A DNA stretch of 63,124 nucleotides, filler included, from Octopus bimaculoides (lineage: Eukaryota), in assembly GCF_001194135.2 (NCBI RefSeq). It is 5 parts of 4 records of this genome, joined end to end, with 100 filler letters (N's around TTAATTAATTAA, not from the genome) between each part and the next. Parts side by side here need not be neighbours in the genome. Positions count along the whole stretch, not along the records: positions 8,213 to 17,728 come from NC_068982.1; positions 17,829 to 48,306 come from NC_068982.1; 3 more parts are not named here. The stretch is one strand, 5' to 3'. Shown in pieces: positions 13,346 through 26,620 of the stretch. Position 1 is the first letter of the stretch; each line of letters starts with the position of its first letter. A program made the position numbers and the translations under genes. Under the pieces are notes generated by a model. It was not told where the DNA came from. It saw only the letters and a program-made list of their open reading frames with translations, and made no database searches.

Positions 13346-13764
13346 GTGACTGATTATCATGAAGTAGCTCACAAACATACACCAACTGCTGATCCACAGT
13401 TGTATCTTCTCTCCTCTCTGACGAATATATTTATTATTTTACTTATAATTACTTACTACGTAAGTGATGTCTGTCCGCAAAATTTCCTGCCAGCGAGTCA
13501 TTTCAGAAAAACTGCAGCAACAGAAAATGCATTGGTGAAAAACCATCAAATACATTCGTCAGTCTAAACTTCCAATAACAACAGGTAGCAATTGCTTGAA
13601 TCAGAATAAGAGTTATCATAGTGTACTACTAGGTTAAAAGTGTTAAGGTTAGACAACCAAAAGAAAGTCAGAATAGATTCTTGTAGCGCAGAGAGACGAA
13701 TGATCACCTGTCGGTCAAACGTTTATCTTTTATATTTTAAATTTATTGTTGCAATTATTACTTT

Positions 13765-13831
13765 TTAGCAATTCAGCTATTTAGCAATTCAGCTATTTAG
13801 CAATTCAGCTATTTAGCAATTCAGCTATTTA
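13765..13831. repeat. Perfect 16-bp minisatellite (TTAGCAATTCAGCTAT) x4
   Basis: Four identical consecutive units are directly visible. Confidence 0.95.
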
Positions 13832-13909
13832 ACAACAATATAACGTAGACATTATCTCCAAAAGTTGAGGTTAAATAGGAGTAAGCCAGGGTGTCGGTAT
13901 TGATTAAAG

Positions 13910-14076
13910 AAGAAGAGGGGGAGGAGGAGGAGGAGAAGAAGAAGAAGAAGAAGAAGAAGAAGAAGAAGAAGAAGAAGAAGAAGAAGAAGAAGAAGAAGAA
14001 GAAGAAGAAGAAGAAGAAGAAGAAGAAGAAGAAGAAGAAGAAGAAGAAGAAGATGATGATGATGATGATGATGATG
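13910..14076. repeat. (GAG)(GAA)n(GAT)n compound microsatellite
   Basis: Directly visible; it explains the poly-K and poly-S ORFs. Confidence 0.95.
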
Positions 14077-14484
14077 ACTGAAGCAACAACAATAGCGGCA
14101 ACTATAAGGTGTTATTCAAAAGATTAAGGAAGTGAGATTTTGGACAAAGAAACAGGAAATCTTTTCTTCTGAAACGAATTGCAGGAATGATTGATCTTAC
14201 ATAGGTGCAGATATCGGAGTTTCAGGAAGAAGTGCTACAGGATAGAAAGGACTAAAAATGTTGACCATGTATTGTGGTTTGAATCCATATATAAATAAAG
14301 TTGAGTATTTTAGTTCAAATCTTGTCTAACTTTGCTTTTTCTCTCTTGTCACGTTTGGAAGTACCATTATATAACTGGGAGTGGGGAAGGTCGATAAAAG
14401 AAATTAATGTGTAATTAAGTTGATTGTTTCTTCTCAAATCTTTGGCCCTGTACCTACTATTTTTTTAAAATTCTTTTATCCTTT

Positions 14485-14670
14485 TATTTGTTTCAGTTAT
14501 TTGACTGCAGCCATGCTGGAGCACCGCCTTTAGCCGAGCAAATTGACCCCCAGAACTTATTCTTTGTAACCCTAGTACTTATTCGATCGATCTATTTTTG
14601 CCCAACTGTTTCGTTACGGGTACGCAAACAGACCAACATCGGTTGTCAAGCGACAGTGGGAGGATAAACA
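14485..14670 (-). mobile_element. Family A SINE, 3' half
   Basis: tttcagttatttgactgcagccatgctggagcaccgcc...accaacatcggttgtcaagcga. Confidence 0.8.
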
Positions 14671-15858
14671 TACACGGGCACGCGCGCGCGCGCACACACA
14701 CACACATACACACACACGCGTATAGATAGATATAGATAAAACTTACTTGGAAGAGGATGCGTGGCGTTCAATCATATAATAATATACGCTTTTGATAAAA
14801 CAGTTCCTCCTGCAAAGCAAATTAAATAAAATTTGTGATTTTGCGGAGGGTCAAAATTGGTAACACAAACAAGACTCTGAAAACAAACAGGAAGGGCTGC
14901 TAAGCCTAAACGAGGTTGTGGTGGCGAACGCGTAAATCAAGCTAGGACAGGTGACAAACAAGAACAAGGGGCAAATCGATCTCATTGCCCATAGAACTTG
15001 ACTGGTGCCTATTCTAAAANNNNNNNNNNNNNNNNNNNNNNNNNNNNNNNNNNNNNNNNNNNNNNNNNNNNNNNNNNNNNNNNNNNNNNNNNNNNNNNNN
15101 NNNNNNNNNNNNNNNNNNNNNNNNNNNNNNNNNNNNNNNNNNNNNNNNNNNNNNNNNNNNNNNNNNNNNNNNNNNNNNNNNNNNNNNNNNNNNNNNNNNN
15201 NNNNNNNNNNNNNNNNNNNNNNNNNNNNNNNNNNNNNNNNNNNNNNNNNNNNNNNNNNNNNNNNNNNNNNNNNNNNNNNNNNNNNNNNNNNNNNNNNNNN
15301 NNNNNNNNNNNNNNNNNNNNNNNNNNNNNNNNNNNNNNNNNNNNNNNNNNNNNNNNNNNNNNNNNNNNNNNNNNNNNNNNNNNNNNNNNNNNNNNNNNNN
15401 NNNNNNNNNNNNNNNNNNNNNNNNNNNNNNNNNNNNNNNNNNNNNNNNNNNNNNNNNNNNNNNNNNNNNNNNNNNNNNNNNNNNNNNNNNNNNNNNNNNN
15501 NNNNNNNNNNNNNNNNNNNNNNNNNNNNNNNNNNNNNNNNNNNNNNNNNNNNNNNNNNNNNNNNNNNNNNNNNNNNNNNNNNNNNNNNNNNNNNNNNNNN
15601 NNNNNNNNNNNNNNNNNNNNNNNNNNNNNNNNNNNNNNNNNNNNNNNNNNNNNNNNNNNNNNNNNNNNNNNNNNNNNNNNNNNNNNNNNNNNNNNNNNNN
15701 NNNNNNNNNNNNNNNNNNNNNNNNNNNNNNNNNNNNNNNNNNNNNNNNNNNNNNNNNNNNNNNNNNNNNNNNNNNNNNTATGGCTATATCAAGAGGGTTT
15801 TTTTTTTGTATTCTTCTTTCCCGCTTAGATTGTTTAAATGTTGTCACAACAGTAATAT

Positions 15859-15913
<55 letters not shown>

Positions 15914-15944
15914 AAATGTGTATTAATGTTAGATTTTCATGTTT

Positions 15945-16091
15945 CCTATCTGAGTTCAAATATCGTCGGGGTTGACTTTACCTTTCATCCTTGCCAGAGT
16001 CGATAAAGTAAGAAACCGTCAAGTACTTCAGGTCAACTTACTCGACTGTGCGCAGTTTGTCAAAACGTGTGTCCTATCAAAGTTAGAAAAG

Positions 16092-16095
<4 letters not shown>
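15945..16095 (+). mobile_element. Family B SINE, partial
   Basis: ctgagttcaaatatcgtcggggttgactttacctttcatccttgccagagtcgataaag, ending in (ATC)n(ATT)n. Confidence 0.7.
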
Positions 16096-16189
<94 letters not shown>

Positions 16190-16531
16190 TACTATTGCAT
16201 TATTTATTAATGTTATTATTATTAATGGCAAGTTTCTTGAAAGAAAAAAAAAATGAACAGTTTTTGTTATTCTTTTTATATTTTAACCTCCAATTCTAGC
16301 ATTTATTATCTTTTCTCAGGCAGCCCGCAGTGATAAGTTGTGATTGGGGAGCGGGTGTGTGTGTTTTTCGCTTGATGTACCGAATCATTGGAGCGTGAAA
16401 TGCGTCCCACCTGGTCCCAGCTGTTTGGTCTATGAAATAACTCCTGATATGACATGGTGTATGCCTGTTTGCCTGCGTGTGAATAGGTGTGTATATATTT
16501 ATTTGCATGTATGTATATGTAACTGCGAGAG

Positions 16532-16627
<96 letters not shown>

Positions 16628-16684
16628 TACTTGAGTGTCTACGTGAGTCTACGTGAATGTGTGTTCATACCAGTGTATAAAGCG

Positions 16685-16975
16685 CAGATGTGGCTCAGTG
16701 ACAAAATGTTTGTTTTCCAACAACATCGTTTCAGGTTCAATCCCACTGTATTTGCACGTTCGGCAGTTGTCAGCCACAGGCCGACCAAAGCCTTGTAAGT
16801 GCATTTTGTGAACGAAAACTCAAGGAAACCCGTTCTATACACATCTATGTGTGTGGCCTTTGTGTCGGTGTTTGTCGCCCACCACCACTTGACGACAGCT
16901 GTTCGTGTGCTTACGTCCCTGTAACTTAGCAGTTTGGCAAAATAAACTGATATGATAAATACCAAGTTAAAAAAA
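16685..16975 (+). mobile_element. Family A SINE, diverged copy
   Basis: caggttcaatcccactg, ggccgaccaaagccttg and gtccctgtaacttagcagtttggcaaaa. Confidence 0.75.
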
Positions 16976-17094
16976 AAATAATGAGCAGTGTGTACCTACG
17001 TGTGTGCGCGCGTGCGCGTGGGTATGTGTTCTCGAGAACACAACGCTCATCCAGTCTGGGAATCTCACAATCATGAGGCCTCGCACTTTCGCCA

Positions 17095-17135
<41 letters not shown>

Positions 17136-17271
17136 GCATATATATATATATATATGTATATATATNNNNNNNNNNNNNNNNNNNNNNNNNNNNNNNNNNN
17201 NNNNNNNNNNNNNNNNNNNNNNNNNNNNNNNNNNNNNNNNNNNNNNNNNNNNNNNNNNNNNNNNNNNNNNN

Positions 17272-17322
<51 letters not shown>

Positions 17323-19139
17323 GTGGAAATTACTTCAAATTCTTGTCACTTAAGCAACACGTTCGTATATTTTCATGGAGCAGGCAAGCCCTACATGCAT
17401 GACTGAATTCTGAGCAATAACACATCTCCAAGTTTACTCAATAAAAATCTTCCATTATATCTTTCTACCAGAACCTACCTTGCAGCCTAATTTTCATTCA
17501 ATGAAGCTCCGCCTATCTGAGAATGACTTACTAGAGATGATGTAGATCCTGTTCGATGAGGGCTAAACAGTCACTGTCAACATTATTCTTAAAGAATAAT
17601 AGATATATACCCTACATAACTGTCATGAGTAATCCTTCAGTTTAATGTAAAATTGCATATTAATATAGTTCGATATAAAACAAACGTACATGCATTCATA
17701 CATATATGAATATATATATATATATATANNNNNNNNNNNNNNNNNNNNNNNNNNNNNNNNNNNNNNNNNNNNTTAATTAATTAANNNNNNNNNNNNNNNN
17801 NNNNNNNNNNNNNNNNNNNNNNNNNNNNATATATACATACATATACACAGAGAGGGAGAGAGGGAGAGAGAGAATAATGGGCATTTGTGAATAAACATTA
17901 TTTGTGGGTTTAAAAGACTACTATAGCTCTCATGCAGAAGAAATCCCCCATCAACTATCAAGCCTAATACACGTATAACGAATATATATGTATGATGGAG
18001 ATGAGTACCTACAATGCTGGCACCTGTCTCTACCATACATGTATATTTGTTACACGCGTAGGTTCTCTGACTAAATGAAGAGAATGAACGTGACTCCCCT
18101 GATTCAAATACGTGAAATATATAACTGTTATTTCACTATATCAATTCATATCCATTTATCATTTTTGAAATACCCTTTCTGTACTTTGACGATTTGAAAA
18201 ATTTACATATCTCTCTATCTTGGAAATTTATAAAAGAAAAAGTATGTCTATGAACGGATCGAATGTAGCTAAAATCAAATTAAACATTGATCGGAAGTGC
18301 TATTTTGTTATTACATACAGTATCATGTTTTGTTTTATAGGGAACGTAGAAATTGGTTTATATATCCTTTAAAAATGTACCCTGATTCTTTACATAAAAT
18401 TTTATAGATATTTACATCTTCAGAAAGCCAAATTTCATTTCTTTAAATATGTCTTTGGCTTGCGTTGCATAATCTGATTCATGCAGTCGTGATACTAGTT
18501 TGGCAGCCTATAAACGAGTAATGTTTCACATGTAATACAATATGACAGTTGCCAGATCCCGGTTAATTCTCCTGTAGTTAGAGAGACCTCCGTTTGTTTT
18601 TGATGCTGTACCCGTTGATTTTTCTGTCTATTTTCTCCCCACCGCCAAATGTTCTACTACTCTTGTAGTCGGTGGTGCATTGATTTCCACTTTCCTTTTA
18701 ATCAGTTTCTTCGTAGAATCATTTGTGACTGCAATTGAACTGTAAATATTTTTCAAAGAATTGGTTGCTTTCTTGTTTTGGTACTTTTTTGTTTATTAAT
18801 ATTATTATTATTGTTGTTGTTGTTGTTGGTGTTGTTGTTGTTGTTGCTGTTGTTGTTGTTGTTGATGATGCTTTTGTTGTTGTTATTGTTCTTGTTGTTT
18901 CTATATAAGTGTTCAAATATTTCTTGACAGGCAAATTTGTACTGCATCGCCCGCTAGAACGCCATGATGCTGGTGTGTGTGTATGTGTGTGTGTGTGTGC
19001 GCGTGTGTGTGTGTGTGTGTGTGTGCAGCAATGTGTGTTCTTTTATCCTGTTGAGAGTGTGCAAACTCTTCCCGGTACTGTATTGTGTTAGTTTTCTTTT
19101 TTACTTGAGGTGTTGTGCTGTCTTTCGTTATGTTACTGC

Positions 19140-19800
19140 TTGTATTGTGTGTTCATTGTGTAATGCTTTGGTTTTCTAGCTTGCTGGCGGGAGTTTATTT
19201 CACTGGATAATTGCTGTACAAAGTGTGTCTTGTATTTGTATGTGGTTTTGTTTATGTTGTATTTTTGAATTAACAGTGTCTTGCATAAGATCTGGGTTGT
19301 TCCTAGCAGGGATACTTTTGGAGAGTGTATAGTGCTGTGGATCCATGTACAGATTCTACGTTTTTGTTCATAGGATTTTATCATGCCCAATGCTTCAATT
19401 ATTATTGGTATTGCTTTTTAATTCATACCCTACATCCTGAATACTTTGATTTCGAGGTCTTTGTAATTTGAGAATTTCTACACTTCTGTTCGGACAATAT
19501 TTTGATCAGAAAGTACTGCAATCTCTATCAGTAAGCAGGTGTTTCTTTGTTTTTCCAATCATTGATTAGTATGGCTGCGTGATTAGCTTTATTTCCTTGT
19601 TGGTTTGAACAAGTATATGATTGGGGACTAGTCGTTGTTTTGGACCTTGTTATGCACATGTTTATCTACTACATATGTGGGAAATTCTGCTTGTGGAGTT
19701 GTTAGATAAATCCTCCTACATCGTTTCATTTATTTTCATGAAACTTAACACATGAGTAGGACTCATGTCTGGAAACATTATGGCATACTTAGATCGTTGA
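19140..19800 (-). mobile_element. R4/Dong-like RLE retrotransposon 3' relic
   Basis: Minus-strand frameshifted TCLLIEIAVLSDQN...KFSNYKDLEIKV...AIPIIIEALGMIK (RLE domain). An (AAC/AAT)n array lies downstream at about 18800-18900. Confidence 0.65.
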
Positions 19801-20267
19801 CAAAAAAATCGATAATAGGGCCCCTGGAAGGAATCCTTATATATATCTAATATATGTTATTTTAAAAACCAAGGTAAACAGCCCAAAAGCCCCTGGAAGG
19901 GTTCCTTATATATAGTCACATCAAATGACCCATTCCTATTCCTAAATCATTTGGTACAGATGAAACTAAGTATGCATATACTCATATACATATATGTATA
20001 TATATANNNNNNNNNNNNNNNNNNNNNNNNNNNNNNNNNNNNNNNNNNNNNNNNNNNNNNNNNNNNNNNNNNNNNNNNNNNNNNNNNNNNNNNNNNNNNN
20101 NNNNNNNNNNNNNNNNNNNNNNNNNNNNNNNNNNNNNNNNNNNNNNNNNNNNNNNNNNNNNNNNNNNNNNNNNNNNNNNNNNNNNNNNNNNNNNNNNNNN
20201 NNNNNNNNNNNNNNNNNNNNNNNNNNNNNNNNNNNNNNNNNNNNNNNNNNNNNNNNNNNNNNNNNNA

Positions 20268-20317
20268 GATAGATAGATAGATAAATAGATAGATAGATAG
20301 ATAGATAAATAGATAGT

Positions 20318-20362
<45 letters not shown>

Positions 20363-20541
20363 GGATGGATGGATGGATGGATGGATAGATAGATAGATAC
20401 ATAAATAGATAAACAGATATACAGACAGACAGTTAGATAGGTAGTTAGATAGATACATACATTCATACATACATACATACATACATACATACGTACGTAC
20501 GTACGCACGCACGTACGTACGCACGTACGTACATACGTACG

Positions 20542-20577
<36 letters not shown>

Positions 20578-20578
20578 T
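20268..20578. repeat. Compound tetranucleotide array (GATA/GATG/CATA/CGTA) plus (CA)n
   Basis: Directly visible. Confidence 0.95.
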
Positions 20579-23094
20579 AGTCGTTAGAGTACATTTAAAA
20601 ATATATCAACATAATTGAAACGTTATACTTATGCGTTTTAGCTTCTGCTTTTTTTATAAATTAGCTACAATGTTTACTTAATTTGCCGTTAATTAATTTA
20701 TCGCTGTCATATATAGTGAGATACTGTGTACTAGGAATGGAATGCCTGTTCTAATATCAAGTATGGTTTGATATAACACTTGGTGTCTATATCATCGATG
20801 ATAATTTAGTGTGAGACTACTTTTGTTCGTTGACGTAATGAGTTTATGTGTCACCCATGACAAGAGAACATAATAATATTCGTCGTTTAGAAATATATAC
20901 TTTCAAAACCTCCCTATATCATCACGTTCGCAATCCAGCAAGCAATTGAAACCCCAGAAAATTCCGTAATGTTAATCTAGCCTTAATAATGCTACGCAAT
21001 TTACCGAATCCTTTTATAATATGAATTCATTGAAAGCGTCATAAGCAAATAATGAACCCAAGAATTTCTTTGCACATTTCAGAACACTAATTATCCGCAG
21101 CAATACAGCACTCGCTGTATTTGCTCCTCCTCCTCTCTTACTCACGCTTTGTCTCACACGCACACTCCCTCTCTCAATCTTTCCCTCTCGCTCACTCCCT
21201 CTCTCATGTATTCAATCTCAACATTACCCTTAAACCACTCTACCTCCAATGGTAAACTCATCGCATTGATGAATCCTGTCAAAAGGATTTTAATAAAAGG
21301 AATATCATCAGCAGAGTGTATTAATGCCTTCTACATCTGAATACCCATTCCCATTATGAAGTTTGAAATTGCTGCTTTGATATGATTGAGACATTTAATT
21401 AAATACCATATTGATTCACTTAATATATTTTATTGAAAAATCACCGGCCTCAAATATTACTTTATGCGCTAAATATATATCTAATTATTTATGTTTCCTA
21501 ATCTCTAGTAATATATGGACACTGATCATATCTAATAACAAATTATACATCAATTTAGCTGTTTAATTCCCAAACGTATGACAATGTCCTATAACTTTGC
21601 AACTAGGAGAATATTTGGTCTGTTGTAACCACCCCAGTACATGATTCAGCTTGTTAACTAACTCATACATTACAGTGTTATCTGTTTGCACATTGCGTTG
21701 ATAGATGTAACTGCTACATAGGCAAATGCATGTTTTTTGTTTTTTTTTATTTATATCAGAATATACATTTGTGTCAGAACTTAATTTGAAGATAACATTT
21801 CACTTAAAACAGTGTTTCATTTCTGTTTATTCAGTCACTTATGATGGAAATTATATGAAATATGTTGTGTTTAGAAAACAAATATTGTTCATTTAAACAT
21901 GCGATATTATATGTTATAAAACCGTTGATCAATATTCGCTTAAATGATAAAATTCATTGCTATGTAACACGTGAAATTTAGAAAGAAAACAAAATATTAC
22001 GAAATAAGTAGGATTCAATTGTAGCTGCAGATACTGGATGCAGGACAGCCGCTCCTCTGTCAGTCATCATCTTTATTGAGGCTATTTTCTAGATCGGCTG
22101 TTTTCTACAAAGACCGATACGGATACAATGTCAAAAAAAGCAACTTTTATTAGAAAAATCTGATTTGCAAGTCTCAGTTTGCTCAGGAACATGAACATGG
22201 CATCATATTAAATGTCTAAAGGATCTCTCAAGAGAATAATACAGGCATGTTGTTTCTCGAATCTTAAGTGTATAAGTGCATGTCCTACATCGAGAAGCAG
22301 GGATTTTTAAAGACACTTCTTGACGTAATCGTGGTGTTGATTATGTTTTGGGAAGGAGCGACATGCCAAGTAAAGTGTTTGCCTTCACACATCGAATGAA
22401 ATGCATCATGAATTGTGAAGCCTAACGAGTGATCTCGAAGAGAAATATCTACCATTGTGATAATTACAAGCTGGGATATTGTATGGATTCCTCACAACAT
22501 ACTAATGCATACAGTAGATATATAACCAGATATTGAATCGGAATCCACATCCTTCCATTGTTACAAAACCGTAGATTGTAAGCCTATTAGGCATTAAATG
22601 GAAAAGAGTCAAAATGCCCATTTAATAAAGGAATTCCGAGAGAATTGTGCGATCGTATAGGTATAAAACTGACAGCAAAGAGATATAAATGAAGAAAACA
22701 CAAATTCGACACATTTGATTCATATTCAGGAATGAATATCATTATGTCAATTTATCTGAGGATGAATTGGAGGTTTCGTAAATCTAGAACGAGAGCAATT
22801 GGTTAAAAATATAAAAGTTGAAGACAATTTGAATCAGTGAATCATATGTGTGCATTGATTATGAATCAGTCATGTTGATTTGACAGGAAGTGACGGATAA
22901 TGGAGATAGATTTGTTGCACACGAGGCCAGAATAGTTAATTGTGAGTGAAGGGTATACAATTGTACGTGTGCGTTAACAGTGCACCTGTATGTGTTGGTA
23001 ACGCCTTTTACATTGTGACGTCTTGCAATTTCAGGGTAATGTTACCATGGTCTGTGAGTATGAATATGATGAAATGGAATGCATGTCTTTTCTT

Positions 23095-23330
23095 GTTTCT
23101 TCATTGTCCACAAAGGGGCTAAACATTAAGGGGACAAACAAGGACAGAGAAAGGGATTAAGTTGATTACGTCGACTCCAGTGCGTAACTGGTACTTAATT
23201 TATGGACCCCGAAAGGATGAAGAGCAAAGTCGACCTCGGCGGAATTTGAAATCAGAACATAACGGCATACGAAATACCGCTAAGCATGTCACCGGGCGTC
23301 CTAACGTTTCTGCCAACTCACTGCCTTGCC
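23095..23330 (-). mobile_element. Family B SINE, full length
   Basis: Reverse of ggcagtgagttggcagaaacgttagg...gatttcaaattccgccgaggtcgactttgctcttcatcctttcggggtccataaattaagtaccag...ccctttgtggacaatgaagaaa. Confidence 0.85.
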
Positions 23331-25114
23331 TTTTCATATCCTTAATGCTTTGTCTATGTCCATGTGTTTAGTCTATATCAATGTGTAAATTACTCGTTAT
23401 CGTGTGAGCGTTTTGCTATGTTTTTCGGATGTATATTGTGTGAGCGTATGGGCTGCTGTCGAATTTATCACGATGTTTGTGTTGATGTGTGCATGCTTAG
23501 CAGTTTTATGAGGCGTATCTGTCACTCACTTTGTACATGCATATTTGTGCAATGCGTGTGTTTACATTGTTTTGTGTGCATATGCTGTAATTTTGAATGT
23601 TGCCGATGGATTTTTGGATTGATGAAACATGATAACTGTGAGTGTTTTCAATGTATGTATTTTCTTAAATTTGTATTTTTCAATATGTATTCGGTGAATG
23701 TATGTATGGCAGGAAAATACAAAAGTGTACAAAAGTTTCATAGCGTGTCTCTGTTTTCAACGTAACTGCGTGAGTGGATGAACACAGGCATTATAATCCG
23801 GGCTCCTGCAGAACGTCTCGCAGCTCATTTTTTCTCACGGGGAATTCTTCACCCGAAAACTAAGAGAAAGAGGCGTCACCATATTCTTACACAGTGTGTC
23901 TGATTTGAATTTAGGACCATATGCGAGTTAGTTACAGTGAGAATCTCCCTAGTTATAGGTCACACATCTGTATCTGACACCGATGAAATAAGTATCGGGC
24001 GTGAAAATCCAGAACTGGGGTCTATTTGTTAGACTTAACTATTGAAGGCTGTGCCCCAATATGGTCGAAGTTCAATGACTGACACAAGTAAAAGATAAAG
24101 ATAAAAAAGAATTCCATTTGATAATTATATTTTTTAGAGGAACGCAATGTTATATTAATTTCAAATATATTGAAGCTTCACGTATACATCACTGATGCAC
24201 TTGAAATGAAGTATTGATAATAAGATTCTTTTAATTCCGAATAAAGAGACAGATAAAATCCCGGGAAATATATTCCTGCTTGAAAAGCTCCCGTAAAATG
24301 TACGCAGATGATACTTTAGCCAATCATAAAAACATCTGCTTTGAAACGTGACTGGATGACGCTTAGGTGTTTTATGTTATTTTAAGTATCTCAGAGTGTT
24401 TAATTATTCTTTCTATTAAAGTTATACAGCGCGAGATTTGAAGTTAATTAGCCTCAAGGAAATACATTACTTGCAAACAAACACATCGTGGAATGGATTT
24501 CTGCGAGTGAATTGTATTAGATTATAAGAAAATCCAGCGCCAAGGGTTGGGCGTTTCTTTGAAATTATTTCAATATACGTTGTTGATTAACAGTTATGTA
24601 GAAGAATTGAAGAGATAATAAAATAAGATTGCCATGCGATAGTGTCATAGATTCTCTTAGATTGGAATGAGTATATTTTAAGGAAATAGAAAATATCCGT
24701 TCAATATGGCCATTCGTAATTAAGCGGAAGCTCTTGGAGAATTACTTTGAGTTTGCCATTACGTTATTTTGTTTAGTCAATACTTATCATTTCGGATCTG
24801 AGGTGCACACTGACATACACAAGATTGCCAACATACACAAACGTTGTATTTCAATAAAACAACTGAAATATAGTCATATATATATCCATCCATACATACA
24901 TACATAATTACATACATATATACATACATACATAAATGGACAGCTACGTACAATACTTACATTATAAGCGTACATATATGTATGATAGATCGCTACCCAA
25001 TACACATTTTTTTTTCTCTCCGTGTTTCTCTCCTTGTTTCTGTCCTTGTTTCTTTCTGTGTTCCTTTCTCCCCCCCCCCTATATATATACATATTTGTTT
25101 ATTTTGTTTAAAAG

Positions 25115-25510
25115 TTTATTCGTTTATTTGTTTCAGTCATGTGACAGCGGCCATACTGGAGCACCGCCATTAGTCGAATAAGTCAACACCAAGACTTATT
25201 TATTTCTAAGCCTGATACTGNNNNNNNNNNNNNNNNNNNNNNNNNNNNNNNNNNNNNNNNNNNNNNNNNNNNNNNNNNNNNNNNNNNNNNNNNNNNNNNN
25301 NNNNNNNNNNNNNNNNNNNNNNNNNNNNNNNNNNNNNNNNNNNNNNNNNNNNNNNNNNNNNNNNNNNNNNNNNNNNNNNNNNNNNNNNNNNNNNNNNNNN
25401 NNNNNNNNNNNNNNNNNNNNNNNNNNNNNNNNNNNNNNNNNNNNNNNNNNNNNNNNNNNNNNNNNNNNNNNNNNNNNNNNNNNNNNNNNNNNNNNNNNNN
25501 NNNNNNNNNN

Positions 25511-25544
<34 letters not shown>

Positions 25545-25695
25545 GGCCTTCTTCAGCTTCCGTCTACCAAATCCTCTCACAAGTTTTTGGTCGGCCCGAG
25601 GCTATGGTAGAAGATACTTGACTAAGGTGCCACGCCGTGGGACCGAACCCGGAACCATGTCATTGATAACCAAGCTACTTACCACACAGCAACTC
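25115..25695 (-). mobile_element. Family A SINE split by an assembly gap at its internal microsatellite
   Basis: Tail tttcagtcatgtgacagcggccatactggagcaccgcc at 25130-25170 and head ccaaggtgccacgccgtgggaccgaacccgg...ttaccacacagc at 25620-25690. Confidence 0.8.
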
Positions 25696-25868
25696 GATTT
25701 TTCTTTTGAAAATTATTTTCTGTGTATTATTTCGTATAAGCATCAAGAAGTTTGATAAAAGATTTATTATGATTACTGTATGTCATACTTTAGATATTAC
25801 CCGGGTAATAAAAGTTTAGTTGGTGCCTATGCTATCCGTCACATGACTGGTAACTCCAGTTTTACGTA

Positions 25869-26620
25869 TGCGGGGCTGATCACTAAGTAACTGGACTGTT
25901 ACCATAGTAACGTAGCTAAAGAAGGCAGAGTAATGCTGCTTCGCACAGATTGACCTTCAAATCTGCTATGCATGTGCATTAAGCGTTAAGGCTGTCGCTC
26001 ACATCCGCCGTTTACAGCAGTGTTTGGAATGAAGGTGTGTTGGTGTGATCGTCGCAGTGACCATGACAGAGAGAGTTGAGTAGAGAATCTGCATCAAATT
26101 TTGCCACAAGCATGGCGATACATGCTGAGAGGCCTATACAAAGTTTTCAAACATTTTCCATCGTTCTCGACACAATCAAGGAGATATTGTGCAATTGAAA
26201 CCCGAATAACTTTTTGTCATCTGAAAGCAGTTTAGGTACAAACTTAGAAGACACGCGTCTCATACCAAAATCTTCAGTGATAATGGACTAAACTGAACCG
26301 TAACTAATCTGCACATCCTCTAATAACTCATGGATGGGGATTCGACGATTTCCCCTCATAACATCTGTGATATTTTTCTCAGTTCTGCTGTTTTGGTCAT
26401 CTTGGAACATCTAAACCAGTATCGCCATGACAGCTTGCTCTGTCGTAGTCAATGCGATGACCACATGCTACACACCTTCCTTCCGTGGAATTAAGCCAGA
26501 ACTTTACAAAGTGCGTATGCACAACAAACATGAAGGTCAAATTGTGCCTAGCAGCTTAACTCTGCCTGCTTTAACTTCGTTACTATGGCAACAACCCGGA
26601 TACTTATTCCTCAGTCCTTG
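25869..26620. mobile_element. Mariner-derived inverted dimer of two 5' ends
   Basis: Left arm (+): TA|tgcggggctgatcactaag...ATG at 26063 (MTERVE*RICIKFCHKHGDT). Right arm (-): TA|caaggactgaggaataag with the same gxtxccatagtaacgxagxtaaag 5'UTR, then RRIPIHELLEDVQISYGSV..ITEDFGMRRVSSKFVPKLLS. Confidence 0.75.

Noticed and set aside
13691-13728. Hammerhead-like remnant gacgaatgatcacctgtcggtcaaacgtttatc
   Set aside because: It has a stem II-like ACC/GGT pair and AAACGTT, but lacks both CUGA and the G of GAAA. Too degenerate to support.
13891-14127. Poly-Lys/poly-Glu ORF
   Set aside because: Pure (GAA)n microsatellite.
19820-19914. 26-bp direct repeat gcccctggaagg..tccttatatata with a 69-bp period
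   Set aside because: Only two units with no associated structure; not CRISPR-like and probably a local duplication.
23364-23765. Cys-rich 133-aa ORF resembling a metallothionein or keratin-associated protein
   Set aside because: The Cys content comes from degenerate TG-rich low-complexity sequence, with no regular Cys spacing.
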